Origin: an uncultured Schleiferiaceae bacterium
GTDB lineage: Bacteria; Bacteroidota; Bacteroidia; Flavobacteriales; Schleiferiaceae
Assembly (NCBI GenBank): GCA_965657195.1
Contig: CBFHNK010000002.1
Coordinates: 3,911-67,910 of the forward strand
DNA: 64,000 nucleotides
Direction: 5' to 3'
Under the pieces are notes generated by a model. The model was not told where the DNA came from and did no database searches. It saw nothing but the letters and a program-made list of their open reading frames with translations. Position numbers and translations under genes: made by a program. Positions 45,418-54,969 of the stretch are shown here, piece after piece; position 1 is the first letter of the stretch; each line of letters starts with the position of its first letter.

Positions 45418-46863
45418 ATGCGCTTGAACACCCTCATCGTTGCGACCCTCAATCTTTGGATTGGCGGAGCAAATCTTTATGCACAATCTAGCACAGATCG
45501 TGAATCATGGACGCTTCAAGATTGTGTCAATCAGGCACTTGAATACCAGTTTAGCGTTCGTCAGGCGGCCAATAACGTCAAGGCAGCTGAGTCCGACCGC
45601 TTAGCCAATTTTGGCGGACTGCTTCCGTCCGTAAATGCGGGTGCCGGTAACTTTTGGAACTCGGGTCTAAGCATTGACCCGGTAACCAATGAGGTCAATC
45701 GAAATAATTTGTCTACTGCAAGTGGTTCCGTTTCGGCGCAGTGGACCCTATTTGATGGATTTCAAACGTGGAACGCGTTTCGCCAAAGCCAAGTTCAGGT
45801 GGCACTTGCCGCCGCCCAGCTCGACGATGCCCGCAATGCGGTGGCTTTGAATACGGCGTCGCAATTTTTGGCTGTGCTTCTCGCAGACGAATCACTTCGG
45901 ATTGCCCAAGAGCAGCTCACGACTTCAGAGCGCCAAAAGGAACGGAGCCAAAAACTTTTGAATGCAGGTGCCATTGCCCCCAATGAATACCTCTCTGTCG
46001 AGGCCCAGTGGGCGGTGGATGCGCAGCGCGTCGTGGCTTCTGAAAATCAGCTTCAGTTTGCAGAGTTGGTACTCAAGCAGCTTCTAGGATTGAGTGGAGA
46101 TCAGGATCTTGTTCTGCAACGACCCGAGAATTTGCCGACCGCCCCGAGCGCGGTAATGGCGCTCAGTCCTCAGGCCATTTTCACGGCATCGGTAGCCAAG
46201 CAGCCTGCGGTGCGCGCTGCGGAGCACCAGCTCATGGCGAGCCACTACGCGGTCAAGCGTGCTCAGGGCGCGCGCATACCCACACTTTCGGTTTCTGGCC
46301 AGTTTTCGACCAGCTATTCGGACCGTGCCCAGAAGTACCTCGGAACCACTCCCCAGGTTCTTCCCGTCGGATTCTGGTTGGATGGAGCGGATCAGATTCC
46401 GGTGTATACGCTCGTGAACACGCCGAGTTTCGGGGAGTTTACCTTTGAAGACCAGCTGCGCGAAAACGTGCGTCAGTTTGTCGGATTAAACCTTACGGTG
46501 CCGCTGTTCAATGGGTTCCGAATCGCAAATGCGGTGAAGCGCGCACAGCTTGCTGAAGAAAATGCGGAGCTTCAGGTGATGCAGCAACGCGACACGTACC
46601 GCCAAAATATTGAGCGCGCTCACGCCGACGCAGCTGCGGCCTGGAAGCAGTACGACGCCAGTTTGGCGACTGAACGCGCTGCGGAACGCGCCTACCAAGA
46701 TGCCCAAATCCGCTTTGATCAAGGCGGGCTCAACGTGTACGACTTCGTGTCCTTAAAAAACAACTACTTGGCGGCGGCGTCCAACCGCGTCCGTGCGCTG
46801 TACGACAGTCAATTTAAAAACTACGTGGTAGAGTTCTACCTCAATAATCCCCTTGAACTATGA
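45418..46863 (+). CDS. TolC-family outer-membrane efflux protein
   Basis: ORF trimmed to MRLNTLIVATL. Two-repeat coiled-coil/barrel pattern typical of OEP proteins. Confidence 0.85.
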   Translation: MRLNTLIVATLNLWIGGANLYAQSSTDRESWTLQDCVNQALEYQFSVRQAANNVKAAESDRLANFGGLLPSVNAGAGNFWNSGLSIDPVTNEVNRNNLSTASGSVSAQWTLFDGFQTWNAFRQSQVQVALAAAQLDDARNAVALNTASQFLAVLLADESLRIAQEQLTTSERQKERSQKLLNAGAIAPNEYLSVEAQWAVDAQRVVASENQLQFAELVLKQLLGLSGDQDLVLQRPENLPTAPSAVMALSPQAIFTASVAKQPAVRAAEHQLMASHYAVKRAQGARIPTLSVSGQFSTSYSDRAQKYLGTTPQVLPVGFWLDGADQIPVYTLVNTPSFGEFTFEDQLRENVRQFVGLNLTVPLFNGFRIANAVKRAQLAEENAELQVMQQRDTYRQNIERAHADAAAAWKQYDASLATERAAERAYQDAQIRFDQGGLNVYDFVSLKNNYLAAASNRVRALYDSQFKNYVVEFYLNNPLEL

Positions 46864-48086
46864 ACAAGAAGCAACGAATTTGGTGGATTGGCGGCGCGGC
46901 CGCATTGGCGCTGGTCGTCGGAGTCGTCGGCAAAAAGCAAGGTTGGTGGGGACAGTCTGAAGATGTGATCTCGGTAGAGCTCACCAAGGTTGAGTCGCGA
47001 AGCATCGTTGAAACAGTCAGCGCTTCAGGCCGCATTCAACCAGCGGTCGAGGTGAAAATTTCTCCTGAGGTAAGCGGTGAAATCATTGAACTGGCCGTCG
47101 TCGAGGGTCAGTCTGTTCGACGGGGTCAGCTTCTTGCGCGCATTAATCCGGACCTCTACCAGTCTGCCGTAGGCCGCACCGAGGCGCTGGTCAATCAGTC
47201 AAAGTCTGGCCTTATGCAGGCTAAGGCACAGTTGGTCGAAGTAACCGCAGCCTACCAGCGCAACCAGGGGCTCTATAACCAAAACGTTCTGTCAAAGGCC
47301 GAATGGGAAGCTGCACAGCGCGCGTTTCAGGTCGCTGAATTGGCCGTGAAGTCTGCGGAATTCCAGGTGAAGTCCGCCGAAAATTCACTTAAAGAGGCAC
47401 GTGACAACTTAAAGCGCACGTCGCTGATTGCTCCGATGGACGGAACCGTGACCGGTCTTAACGTCGAGTTGGGCGAGCGCGTCGTGGGGACTGCACAAAT
47501 GGCAGGTACCGACCTCATGCGGATTTCAGACCTGCGGCGCATGGAGGTCGTGGTGGACGTTAACGAGAACGACATCGTACGCATTAACGTAGGCGATTCC
47601 GCAGACGTCAAGGTCGACGCCTTTTTGGGCCATAAGTTCAAGGCCGTGGTTACCGAAGTCCGCAATGCGGCCAATGTCAATGCGGCGGCGGGGGTCAATC
47701 AAGTGACCAACTTTAAAGTGACCCTTGAGGTGGATCCGGCGAGCTACGCTTCACTGGTGAAAGAATACGGTGAGCAGCCCCTTCGCAGCGGAATGACGGC
47801 TACGGTTGACGTGCGAACCAAGGTCGAAAAAGGAGTTCCATCAGTGCCCGTTGAGGCGGTGGCACTGCGCAGTGATTCGACCCAGACTGACCCCGTTGAA
47901 GTGGTGTTTGTGTGGGACGAGGGCAAGGTGCGTCAAGTGCGCGTCACTACCGGAATCCAAGATGAGGACTACATTCAGGTTGTCACAGGCCTTAAGGGTG
48001 GCGAAGAAGTCGTGCGCGGTCCGTTTGATGCGGTTTCGCGCAAGCTCGAGGACGGCGACGTCGTGGAGCGCAGCAAAGGCGAGTAA
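46860..48086 (+). CDS. HlyD/MacA-type periplasmic adaptor subunit
   Basis: N-terminal TM segment, lipoyl-like and coiled-coil hairpin, and beta-barrel domains. ATGA overlap with tolC. Confidence 0.87.
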   Translation: MNKKQRIWWIGGAAALALVVGVVGKKQGWWGQSEDVISVELTKVESRSIVETVSASGRIQPAVEVKISPEVSGEIIELAVVEGQSVRRGQLLARINPDLYQSAVGRTEALVNQSKSGLMQAKAQLVEVTAAYQRNQGLYNQNVLSKAEWEAAQRAFQVAELAVKSAEFQVKSAENSLKEARDNLKRTSLIAPMDGTVTGLNVELGERVVGTAQMAGTDLMRISDLRRMEVVVDVNENDIVRINVGDSADVKVDAFLGHKFKAVVTEVRNAANVNAAAGVNQVTNFKVTLEVDPASYASLVKEYGEQPLRSGMTATVDVRTKVEKGVPSVPVEAVALRSDSTQTDPVEVVFVWDEGKVRQVRVTTGIQDEDYIQVVTGLKGGEEVVRGPFDAVSRKLEDGDVVERSKGE

Positions 48087-48733
48087 TGTCCGCACTGCTG
48101 CTTATTGAAACCTCGACAAGGCTCTGCAGTGTTGCGGTGGCTATCGATGGGGTGGTGGTAGCAGAGCACGAGGAACTAGACCCCAAAGGCTACCGCCACG
48201 CCGAGGCCTTGAATCCCATGATTCAGAATGCGCTATCTGACGCAGGTCTGCGCGTTCGCGACCTTTCGGGAATAGCCGCGGCCCAAGGTCCTGGATCCTA
48301 CACCGGGCTTCGCATCGGGTTGGCTGCAGCAAAGGGCTTAGCCTTGCCCTGGGGCATTCCCTGCTACGGAGTCGATTCACTTGAACTCATCGCCGAAGCG
48401 GTTCGGGAGGCGGTTCCGTCTGAACTGCCAATTTGGTCAGCCATGGACGCGCGCCGAAGCGAGGTGTATTCGGCATGGTTTCACCCTGACGGCGTACGGT
48501 CATCTGATGACCTACCGGAGGTCATAGAACCCACGTGGGCGGAGCGTCCCGCGGCCCTCGCCGGGGGAGACGGAGTCGAAAAGGTACTCGAGCACTGGCC
48601 AAAGCTGCAGGACAGTGGGGTGCGCTACGCCCGAGCGCGGCACGCCCTTGCGGGAGCTCTTAGGGCAACGGCGTCCGAAAACCTTTCCACCTGGGAACCC
48701 CGCTACCTCAAAATGTTTGGGCAAGCGCTTTGA
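48086..48733 (+). CDS. tsaB: tRNA t6A biosynthesis protein TsaB
   Basis: Contains LLIETSTRLCSVAV and GPGSYTGLRIG. TAATG overlap with the adaptor gene. Confidence 0.88.
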   Translation: MSALLLIETSTRLCSVAVAIDGVVVAEHEELDPKGYRHAEALNPMIQNALSDAGLRVRDLSGIAAAQGPGSYTGLRIGLAAAKGLALPWGIPCYGVDSLELIAEAVREAVPSELPIWSAMDARRSEVYSAWFHPDGVRSSDDLPEVIEPTWAERPAALAGGDGVEKVLEHWPKLQDSGVRYARARHALAGALRATASENLSTWEPRYLKMFGQAL

Positions 48734-49307
48734 CCTCGCGGTAGCGGGGGCAGCTCATCCAGTGGTCGTTGATTAGTCCGGTCGCCTGCATGTGTGCGTA
48801 CAGGGTGGTGGACCCAATGAATTTGAATCCCTCGGACTTCAATGCCTTGGACAACTCGTCCGATTCCTTGGAGGTCGCAGGCCAGGACCCTTCGCGCGCT
48901 CCGTCGAGTGGGGTTCCGCCCACAAAGTCCCAGAGGTAGCCAGCAAAACCCTTCCCGTGGCGGTCGCGAAATGCGACCAACGTACGGGCATTGTGCAGGG
49001 CCGCGTCCAACTTCAAGCGGTTGCGAATGACCAGAGGGTTGGCCAAAAACGCTTCGCGCTCGGCCTCTGTAAAGCTTAAAAGTGATTCTGCATTAAATCC
49101 GTGCAGCGCGGCGTGAAACGCTTCGCGCTTGTGCAGCACGGTACGCCAGGAGAGGCCTGACTGAAAGCCTTCGAGCACGAGGTGCTCAAACATTCCGTGG
49201 TCAGTGGTTACTGGGACGCCCCACTCGCGGTCGTGGTAGGCTTCCATGAGGGGGTCGCCGAGGCACCAGGGGCATTTATTGTCGGGATTTGAATGGATTG
49301 GTGCCAT
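48708..49307 (-). CDS. tag: DNA-3-methyladenine glycosylase I
   Basis: ORF 48708..49601 trimmed to MAPIHSNPDNKCPWC. Contains YHDREWGVP and GLSWRTVLHKREAF. Confidence 0.9.
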   Translation of the reverse strand: MAPIHSNPDNKCPWCLGDPLMEAYHDREWGVPVTTDHGMFEHLVLEGFQSGLSWRTVLHKREAFHAALHGFNAESLLSFTEAEREAFLANPLVIRNRLKLDAALHNARTLVAFRDRHGKGFAGYLWDFVGGTPLDGAREGSWPATSKESDELSKALKSEGFKFIGSTTLYAHMQATGLINDHWMSCPRYREVKALAQTF

Positions 49308-51171
49308 TGTTGAATTCGTTTGAAGTTGCAGCGACCAAAGTACACGCGTCCATTCGGCAGAGCTGGGCATAAACGGATGCTTCGTGCTCCATAGGCCCCC
49401 ACAGGGGCGAAGCCGCAATCGGTCTAGGGCCCAGAGGGCCTCCGGGGGCAATGAGCCAGTGCTCGGTTTCGGGTCCGGTGAGTTCTGAAAGGGCCAACCA
49501 CGAGCAGTGCCGCGAGGGAGTACTGCGGGACATTTCAAGTCCCTGGCGCAGCATCTGGGTAGACCAGTCAACCCATTCCTGCCGTCCGAGCAGGTGGCCA
49601 AGGATCAAACCACATTCGGCCCACACGGCTCGGGGATTCGGCAACACATCGTCGTCCCAACCGAGTGCAGTGGCAAAAGCGGCCGCGTCAGGCGTTTCCA
49701 GTGCGTAGCACGCGGTTCCGCCGCGAAAAAAATCGGTGATACTGCGCTCAAACCAGCGCGAGGCCGTCGCAATCCACAAGGGATCGAGCAAAACTTGACC
49801 GCAGCGAATGGCCATGTGCACGCTGTACGCCACGTCGTCGAGAAATGCGGGGCCAGAAGTGCGGCCGTCGGGGTAGTGGACGTGAACGCTGCCGCTGCCA
49901 AAGGTTTCTGCGTGCGCCGAAGCGAGTCGCCGAAGGCGTTCAATGTCTGAGGGTTGGCCGCTGAGTTGGGCTCCGTCGGCAAAGGCGGTTACGGCAAGGG
50001 CGTTCCAGCCCATAATGCTCTTAGGGTCTCGGGTAGGCAGGGGGCGGCGCAGACCCGCAGCGCGCAGTGCGGCAAATCCAGATAGGTGGCGCGGATCAGT
50101 TCCGCCTGCAGGCCCGAATGCGAGGACCCAGCCCCCTTCGTGTACGCGGCTTTCGCGCACGAGGTGTTCGCGCCAGACTTCGGCGTCCGTGCGGCCCAAC
50201 GCCTCGTCGAGTTCAGCGTCGGTCCAGGTGCTGTGGCGTCCCTCTCCTTCGGGGTGGTCGGCGTCGAGTGCGGCCGAAAAAAGTCCATCCGGCCTCAAGA
50301 GGTCGCGCTCCATAAATTCTAAGGTTTCCTCGAGGCAGGTCCGGGCCAAAGGACTGTCGACGGCGGCACATAACGAGGCAAACTGCGCGCTGTCGTACAG
50401 CATTTTTTCAAAGTGCGGAACCACCCACGCTCCGTCCGTACTGTAGCGCGGGATTCCGCCCCGAACAACGTCGTAGGTGCCCGAAACAGCAATGGTGTTC
50501 ACGGTCCGCAGCACGTGCGCGCGGCCTTCAGGCCAATCCTGAAGCAAGCTCCAGCGCCACACCGCAGACCACGTGCTGGACAATGGGAACTTGGGGGCGC
50601 CGCGAAATCCACCCCAAAACGCGTCCCACGTAGAGGGGATTTGCTGGCGAACCGACGAACGGTCTAGCGCAGCCGAATGATCCAGATCCCGATGGGCCCC
50701 CTGAATGGCCTGGCGCACTTCTTCGGCGTAGTCTTCGGCGCGCAGCGAATGGGTTTGCTTCAGCGCGTTCAGTTCCACCAAGGCCTGAAGGAACCGCTCT
50801 TTGGGCAGGTAGGTACAGGTCCAAACGGGTCGCCCGTCGGGCAAGCACACTGCGTTGAGTGGCCATCCGCCTTGCCCGGTCATAGCCAGCGATGCCGCCA
50901 TGTATGCGTGGTCGAGGTCGGTGCGCTCCTCGCGATCCACTTTAATGCTGGTAAAGTGGGTGTTGAGGTAGGCGGCGACCTCAGAATCTTCAAATACTTC
51001 GTGCGCCATCACATGGCACCAATGGCACGTGGAATACCCAATCGACACCAAAAGCCACTGTCCCTTAGCGGCAGCGCCCTCAAGCGCTTCGTTGCCCCAT
51101 TCGTTCCAGTGCACGGGCTGGTCGGCGTGCTGCTGAAGGTAGAGGCTCGCAGAATGCTTCAATCGATTCAT
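49276..51171 (-). CDS. thioredoxin-domain (DUF255/YyaL-like) protein with alpha/alpha-toroid domain
   Basis: ORF trimmed to MNRLKHSASLYLQQH. Contains VSIGYSTCHWCHVM. Confidence 0.87.
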   Translation of the reverse strand: MNRLKHSASLYLQQHADQPVHWNEWGNEALEGAAAKGQWLLVSIGYSTCHWCHVMAHEVFEDSEVAAYLNTHFTSIKVDREERTDLDHAYMAASLAMTGQGGWPLNAVCLPDGRPVWTCTYLPKERFLQALVELNALKQTHSLRAEDYAEEVRQAIQGAHRDLDHSAALDRSSVRQQIPSTWDAFWGGFRGAPKFPLSSTWSAVWRWSLLQDWPEGRAHVLRTVNTIAVSGTYDVVRGGIPRYSTDGAWVVPHFEKMLYDSAQFASLCAAVDSPLARTCLEETLEFMERDLLRPDGLFSAALDADHPEGEGRHSTWTDAELDEALGRTDAEVWREHLVRESRVHEGGWVLAFGPAGGTDPRHLSGFAALRAAGLRRPLPTRDPKSIMGWNALAVTAFADGAQLSGQPSDIERLRRLASAHAETFGSGSVHVHYPDGRTSGPAFLDDVAYSVHMAIRCGQVLLDPLWIATASRWFERSITDFFRGGTACYALETPDAAAFATALGWDDDVLPNPRAVWAECGLILGHLLGRQEWVDWSTQMLRQGLEMSRSTPSRHCSWLALSELTGPETEHWLIAPGGPLGPRPIAASPLWGPMEHEASVYAQLCRMDACTLVAATSNEFNNGTNPFKSRQ

Positions 51172-51175
51172 CCCA

Positions 51176-51183
51176 CTAAGGTA
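51176..51183 (-). promoter_or_regulatory. -7-like box TACCTTAG, 4 nt before the ATG at 51171
   Basis: Reverse strand reads TACCTTAG-TGGG-ATG. Confidence 0.35.
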
Positions 51184-51248
51184 GCCAGCTGACCGGGCCA
51201 CGGCGTATTTTTAACCTCGTCGTAACATTTGCCGCTCCCAACAACCGG

Positions 51249-51256
51249 TACCTTTG
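51249..51256 (+). promoter_or_regulatory. -7 box TACCTTTG, 6 nt before the Pit ATG
   Basis: Part of the 19-mer GGTACCTTTGCCCCCTATG, identical to 546-564. A TTTG lies 17 nt upstream (51228-51231). Confidence 0.5.
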
Positions 51257-51262
51257 CCCCCT

Positions 51263-53470
51263 ATGGATCCCTATTTTCTTCTCGTTGTCCTACTTATGGC
51301 TTTGGCGGTGCTCGACTTGGTGGTCGGCGTGAGCAACGACGCAGTCAATTTTATGAATTCCGCCATTGGATCTCGGGCGGCTAGCTTTCGCGTGATACTC
51401 GCGGTTGCCAGTTTTGGCGTACTTCTCGGAACCATGTTTTCAAGCGGAATGATGGAAGTCGCCCGCAAAGGGGTGTTCGATCCCGGCTACTTCACCTTTC
51501 ACAGCCTCATGTTTTTGTTTGTGGCCGTCATGCTCACCGACGTCATTTTGTTGGATATCTACAACAGTTTGGGCTTTCCGACGTCGACCACGGTTTCGCT
51601 GGTCTTTGAACTTTTTGGTGCCGGAACCGCCATCGGTTTTCTCACATCCATCGAGCGGGGACTCGATCCGTTGAGCTTTGGCGACTACCTCAACGTGGAC
51701 AGCACGCTTCGCATTATTTCGGGCATCTTCTCTTCGGTCGGAGTCGCGTTTGTCGGCGGCCTCTTCGTTCAGTGGCTGACCCGAATGATTGTGACCTACC
51801 GACTTGAGCGCGGTTTGCGCTTGGCTGGCGGAATATTTACCGGAATCGCGACTACCTTAATTGTGAATTTCCTCATTTTTAAAGGTTTGAAGGGAAGCGT
51901 GCTAATGGGAGGTCCCTACGGATCTTGGCTCTTGAGCCACCAAAACCAGTCGTTGGCGGTCCTTCTTATCCTGTTTTCGGTACTCGGACAGGTTGCAGTC
52001 ATGCGCGGAATTAACCCGTTGCGCTACGTCGTGCTTCTCGGAACCTTTTCGCTGGCCATGGCCTTTGCCGGAAACGATTTGGTCAACTTCATTGGAGTTT
52101 CAGTCGCCGCATTTCAGGCCTACCAACTCTACCACTCGGTGGGATTTGACCCCCGAACCTACAGCATGGACGCAATGGCAGAGCAGGTTTCTGCCCCCTT
52201 CATTCTCTTGCTGCTTGCCGGACTCGTAATGATTGCCACGCTTTGGCTGAGCGCAAAGGCACGCAAGGTGAGCGAAACCCAAATTGGCTTGGCTCGCCAG
52301 GGCGAAGGGTCCGAGAAGTTCAAGCCCAATACCGTGAGCCGAAGTCTCACGCAGTTTTTTGTATACTTAGGCAGCCTGGCATCCTTTCTCGTTTCGCGGC
52401 GCATGGCTACATGGACCGACAGTCGCTTTGCTCAAGACATACCTGCCAACCCTCGTGATGCGCAAGCCTTTGACTTTCTGCGCGCCAGTGTGGACCTCAT
52501 GGTGGCCTCTACGTTAATCGCCTATGCGACGAGTTTGGGGCTTCCGTTGAGCACGACTTTTGTGGTCTTTATGGTGGGAATGGGCTCGTCACTAGCCGAC
52601 CGTGCGTGGGGCAAAGAGTCGGCAGTGTACCGTGTTGCCGGGGTCGTCAATGTGATCGGTGGATGGCTGCTCACCGCAGTGATTGCCTTTGTTACCTCTG
52701 CCATTTTTGCAGCCTTTATCTACTACGGTGAATTCATCGCCGCACTCATTTTGACAGTGTTTGCCCTCGGACTTGTGGTGCGTAGCCACATGGGATTTGC
52801 CGAGCAGATGAAGGCCGAGAACCTTCTTGATGATGTGGTCGATCGCCTCGCGAATTCGGACGCCCCAATGGAGCAGAGCCGTCGACTTATGGCTTCGGAC
52901 CTTCACCGTACAGCAGATGTAGTGGTAATGGCTTCAGAGGCACTCGCGGGTAACCAAAAGCGCACCACGGCGCGCCTACGCCGAGAGATGAAGTTGCTGC
53001 TCAAGAGACAGGAATCCCTTGAGCTTCGTATGGTGCGCATTCTGAAGGACTTTAAGGGGGATGGAACCGCTGCCTTTCGTTCGCACTTGCTCGCATTTGA
53101 CTACGTGTCAGATATGTCTGAGTCGGCACAATCACTCGTCAATGCCCAGTACGACCACCTCATGAACCTCCATGAGCGCCCGCACGGCACATTCTTGCTC
53201 GCGTATGCTGAGGCCATTACCCTGTTTTCAGCCTACAGTGCACGAATTGTACAGGCCCTTGAGACGGGTACCGGCGAACCCCATGCGGAACTCCTTGCGG
53301 CGAAGCGTAGAATCCTTCAGGATATTCAGCGCGCAATTGATTGGGCGCTGCAGCACTACCGCCAAGGTGAAATCTCAACGCGCCAAGCGCGTCTTCAGTC
53401 CAAGTTGCTCATGGAACTTCGCGACGTGACCGCCTTGATGTACCGAGTGCACCGCGTATACTTTGGGTAA
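51263..53470 (+). CDS. PiT/PHO4-family inorganic phosphate transporter with long C-terminal cytoplasmic extension
   Basis: ORF 51254 (TTG) trimmed to MDPYFLL. Contains the PHO4 signature GVSNDAVNFMNSAIGS and its repeat GNDLVNFIG. The last 220 or so aa are hydrophilic. Confidence 0.87.
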   Translation: MDPYFLLVVLLMALAVLDLVVGVSNDAVNFMNSAIGSRAASFRVILAVASFGVLLGTMFSSGMMEVARKGVFDPGYFTFHSLMFLFVAVMLTDVILLDIYNSLGFPTSTTVSLVFELFGAGTAIGFLTSIERGLDPLSFGDYLNVDSTLRIISGIFSSVGVAFVGGLFVQWLTRMIVTYRLERGLRLAGGIFTGIATTLIVNFLIFKGLKGSVLMGGPYGSWLLSHQNQSLAVLLILFSVLGQVAVMRGINPLRYVVLLGTFSLAMAFAGNDLVNFIGVSVAAFQAYQLYHSVGFDPRTYSMDAMAEQVSAPFILLLLAGLVMIATLWLSAKARKVSETQIGLARQGEGSEKFKPNTVSRSLTQFFVYLGSLASFLVSRRMATWTDSRFAQDIPANPRDAQAFDFLRASVDLMVASTLIAYATSLGLPLSTTFVVFMVGMGSSLADRAWGKESAVYRVAGVVNVIGGWLLTAVIAFVTSAIFAAFIYYGEFIAALILTVFALGLVVRSHMGFAEQMKAENLLDDVVDRLANSDAPMEQSRRLMASDLHRTADVVVMASEALAGNQKRTTARLRREMKLLLKRQESLELRMVRILKDFKGDGTAAFRSHLLAFDYVSDMSESAQSLVNAQYDHLMNLHERPHGTFLLAYAEAITLFSAYSARIVQALETGTGEPHAELLAAKRRILQDIQRAIDWALQHYRQGEISTRQARLQSKLLMELRDVTALMYRVHRVYFG

Positions 53471-53483
53471 ATCCAAATGGAAT

Positions 53484-53512
53484 AAAAAAGGCGCCCCTTG
53501 GGGCGCCTTTTT
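53484..53512. terminator. bidirectional intrinsic terminator
   Basis: A6-GGCGCCCC-TT-GGGGCGCC-T5 lies between convergent genes. Confidence 0.8.
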
Positions 53513-53529
53513 GCGTTAACGCAGCGGTG

Positions 53530-54915
53530 TTAGCTGCGGGCCTCTTCGGCGTAGTGCAGGTAAAAGCGCGGAATGGTGCGTATTCCCTGAAAGTAGTTGT
53601 CCAGGCCGTAGTGCTCGTTGGGTGAGTGAATCGCGTCGCTGTCGAGGCCAAAGCCCATCAAAATCGACTTCACGCCAAGCTCACGCTCGAACAATGCCAC
53701 GATGGGAATTGATCCGCCGTCGCGCGTCGGAATTGGCTCGCGCCCGTAGGTCTCTGCCATTGCTTTGTGTGCAGCGCGGTAGCCCGGGTGGTCGGTAGGG
53801 CAGACGTAGGGGTGGCCACCGTGGTGGGGACGAACTTCGACCTTCACACTTGCTGGGGCAATGCTGGCGAAGTGCTTTGCGAACAGCTCGGTGATTTCGT
53901 CGGGGTCTTGGTCTGGAACCAAGCGCATCGAAATCTTGGCGTAGGCCTTTGAGGCGATGACGGTTTTGGCGCCCTCGCCCGTGTACCCACCCCAAATTCC
54001 GTTGACATCGAGCGTCGGACGAATGCCGGTGCGCTCAATGGTGGTGTACCCGGTTTCGCCGTGTACGTCGCTGAGGTCAAGGGCTGCTTTGTACTCCTCA
54101 AGGCTGAATGGGGCCTTGTTGAGGTCGGAACGCTGCGCGTCGCTCAAAACCTGCACCTTGTCGTAGAATCCCGGAATCGTAATCCGGTTGTCTTGGTCGT
54201 GCAGCGATGCGATCATTTCGGTGAGGATGTTGATCGGGTTGGCCACGGCTCCGCCGTAAATACCAGAGTGCAGGTCGCGGTTAGGCCCCGTCACTTCGAC
54301 CTCGACGTACGACAGACCGCGCAGGCCCACCGAAATTGAGGGAACGCCCGGAGCGATGATTCCGGTGTCTGAAATAAGAATTACGTCGCACGCGAGGCGC
54401 TCGTGGTTGCGCTTGACAAACCACTCGAGGTTGTTCGAGCCCACCTCTTCTTCGCCTTCAATCATGAACTTCATGTTGCAGGGCACGTTGCCTTGGGCAA
54501 CCATGGCCTCAAAAGCCTTGATGTGCATAAAGAACTGACCCTTGTCGTCGCAGGCGCCGCGGGCAAAAATGGCTCCGTTGGGGTGAATGGGAGTGGTGCG
54601 AATTTCGGGCTCAAAGGCTGGAGTTGTCCACAAATTCAAGGGATCTGCAGGCTGTACGTCGTAGTGGCCGTAGACCAGTACGGTGGGGCGCGAGGGATCG
54701 ACGAGGTACTCGCCATAGACCACCGGATAACCGGGTGTGGCGCAGACTTCGACGTTTTGGGCTCCGGCTTTGGTCAAAAAGTCGGCGACGGCATCGGCCG
54801 TGGCAAGCACCGAATCTTTGTAGGCAGGATCTGCTGAAATACTTGGTAGGCGCAAAAGCGTAAAGAGTTCGTCAAGAAAGCGCTGACGGTGCTGGGATAC
54901 GTACGAATCAATCAT
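53530..54915 (-). CDS. M20-family dipeptidase
   Basis: ORF trimmed to MIDSYVSQHRQRF. Contains YGHYDVQPADP, RGACDDKGQ and IEGEEEVGS. Confidence 0.88.
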   Translation of the reverse strand: MIDSYVSQHRQRFLDELFTLLRLPSISADPAYKDSVLATADAVADFLTKAGAQNVEVCATPGYPVVYGEYLVDPSRPTVLVYGHYDVQPADPLNLWTTPAFEPEIRTTPIHPNGAIFARGACDDKGQFFMHIKAFEAMVAQGNVPCNMKFMIEGEEEVGSNNLEWFVKRNHERLACDVILISDTGIIAPGVPSISVGLRGLSYVEVEVTGPNRDLHSGIYGGAVANPINILTEMIASLHDQDNRITIPGFYDKVQVLSDAQRSDLNKAPFSLEEYKAALDLSDVHGETGYTTIERTGIRPTLDVNGIWGGYTGEGAKTVIASKAYAKISMRLVPDQDPDEITELFAKHFASIAPASVKVEVRPHHGGHPYVCPTDHPGYRAAHKAMAETYGREPIPTRDGGSIPIVALFERELGVKSILMGFGLDSDAIHSPNEHYGLDNYFQGIRTIPRFYLHYAEEARS

Positions 54916-54919
54916 AACT

Positions 54920-54927
54920 CGAAGGTA
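54920..54927 (-). promoter_or_regulatory. -7-like box TACCTTCG, 4 nt before the ATG at 54915
   Basis: Reverse strand reads TACCTTCG-AGTT-ATG. Confidence 0.35.
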
Positions 54928-54969
54928 CAATCCACTCGGCCAACCCTTTGTATCTTTCGTGCTTAAACC

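Noticed and set aside
48708-49601. 297-aa version of the tag ORF, and similar long N-terminal extensions in the ORF track (6422 korA, 10308 rhodanese, 4046 rlmN, 45340 tolC, 58903 mvk, 57948 UbiA-like, 26013 lipoprotein, 28163 tlpA, 51201, 54930, 61001)
   Set aside because: The extensions overlap the upstream gene and translate to Arg/Pro/Cys-rich sequence. Internal ATGs give N-termini that match family norms or start signal peptides, so the trimmed coordinates were used. Residual uncertainty on exact starts is one or two candidate codons.
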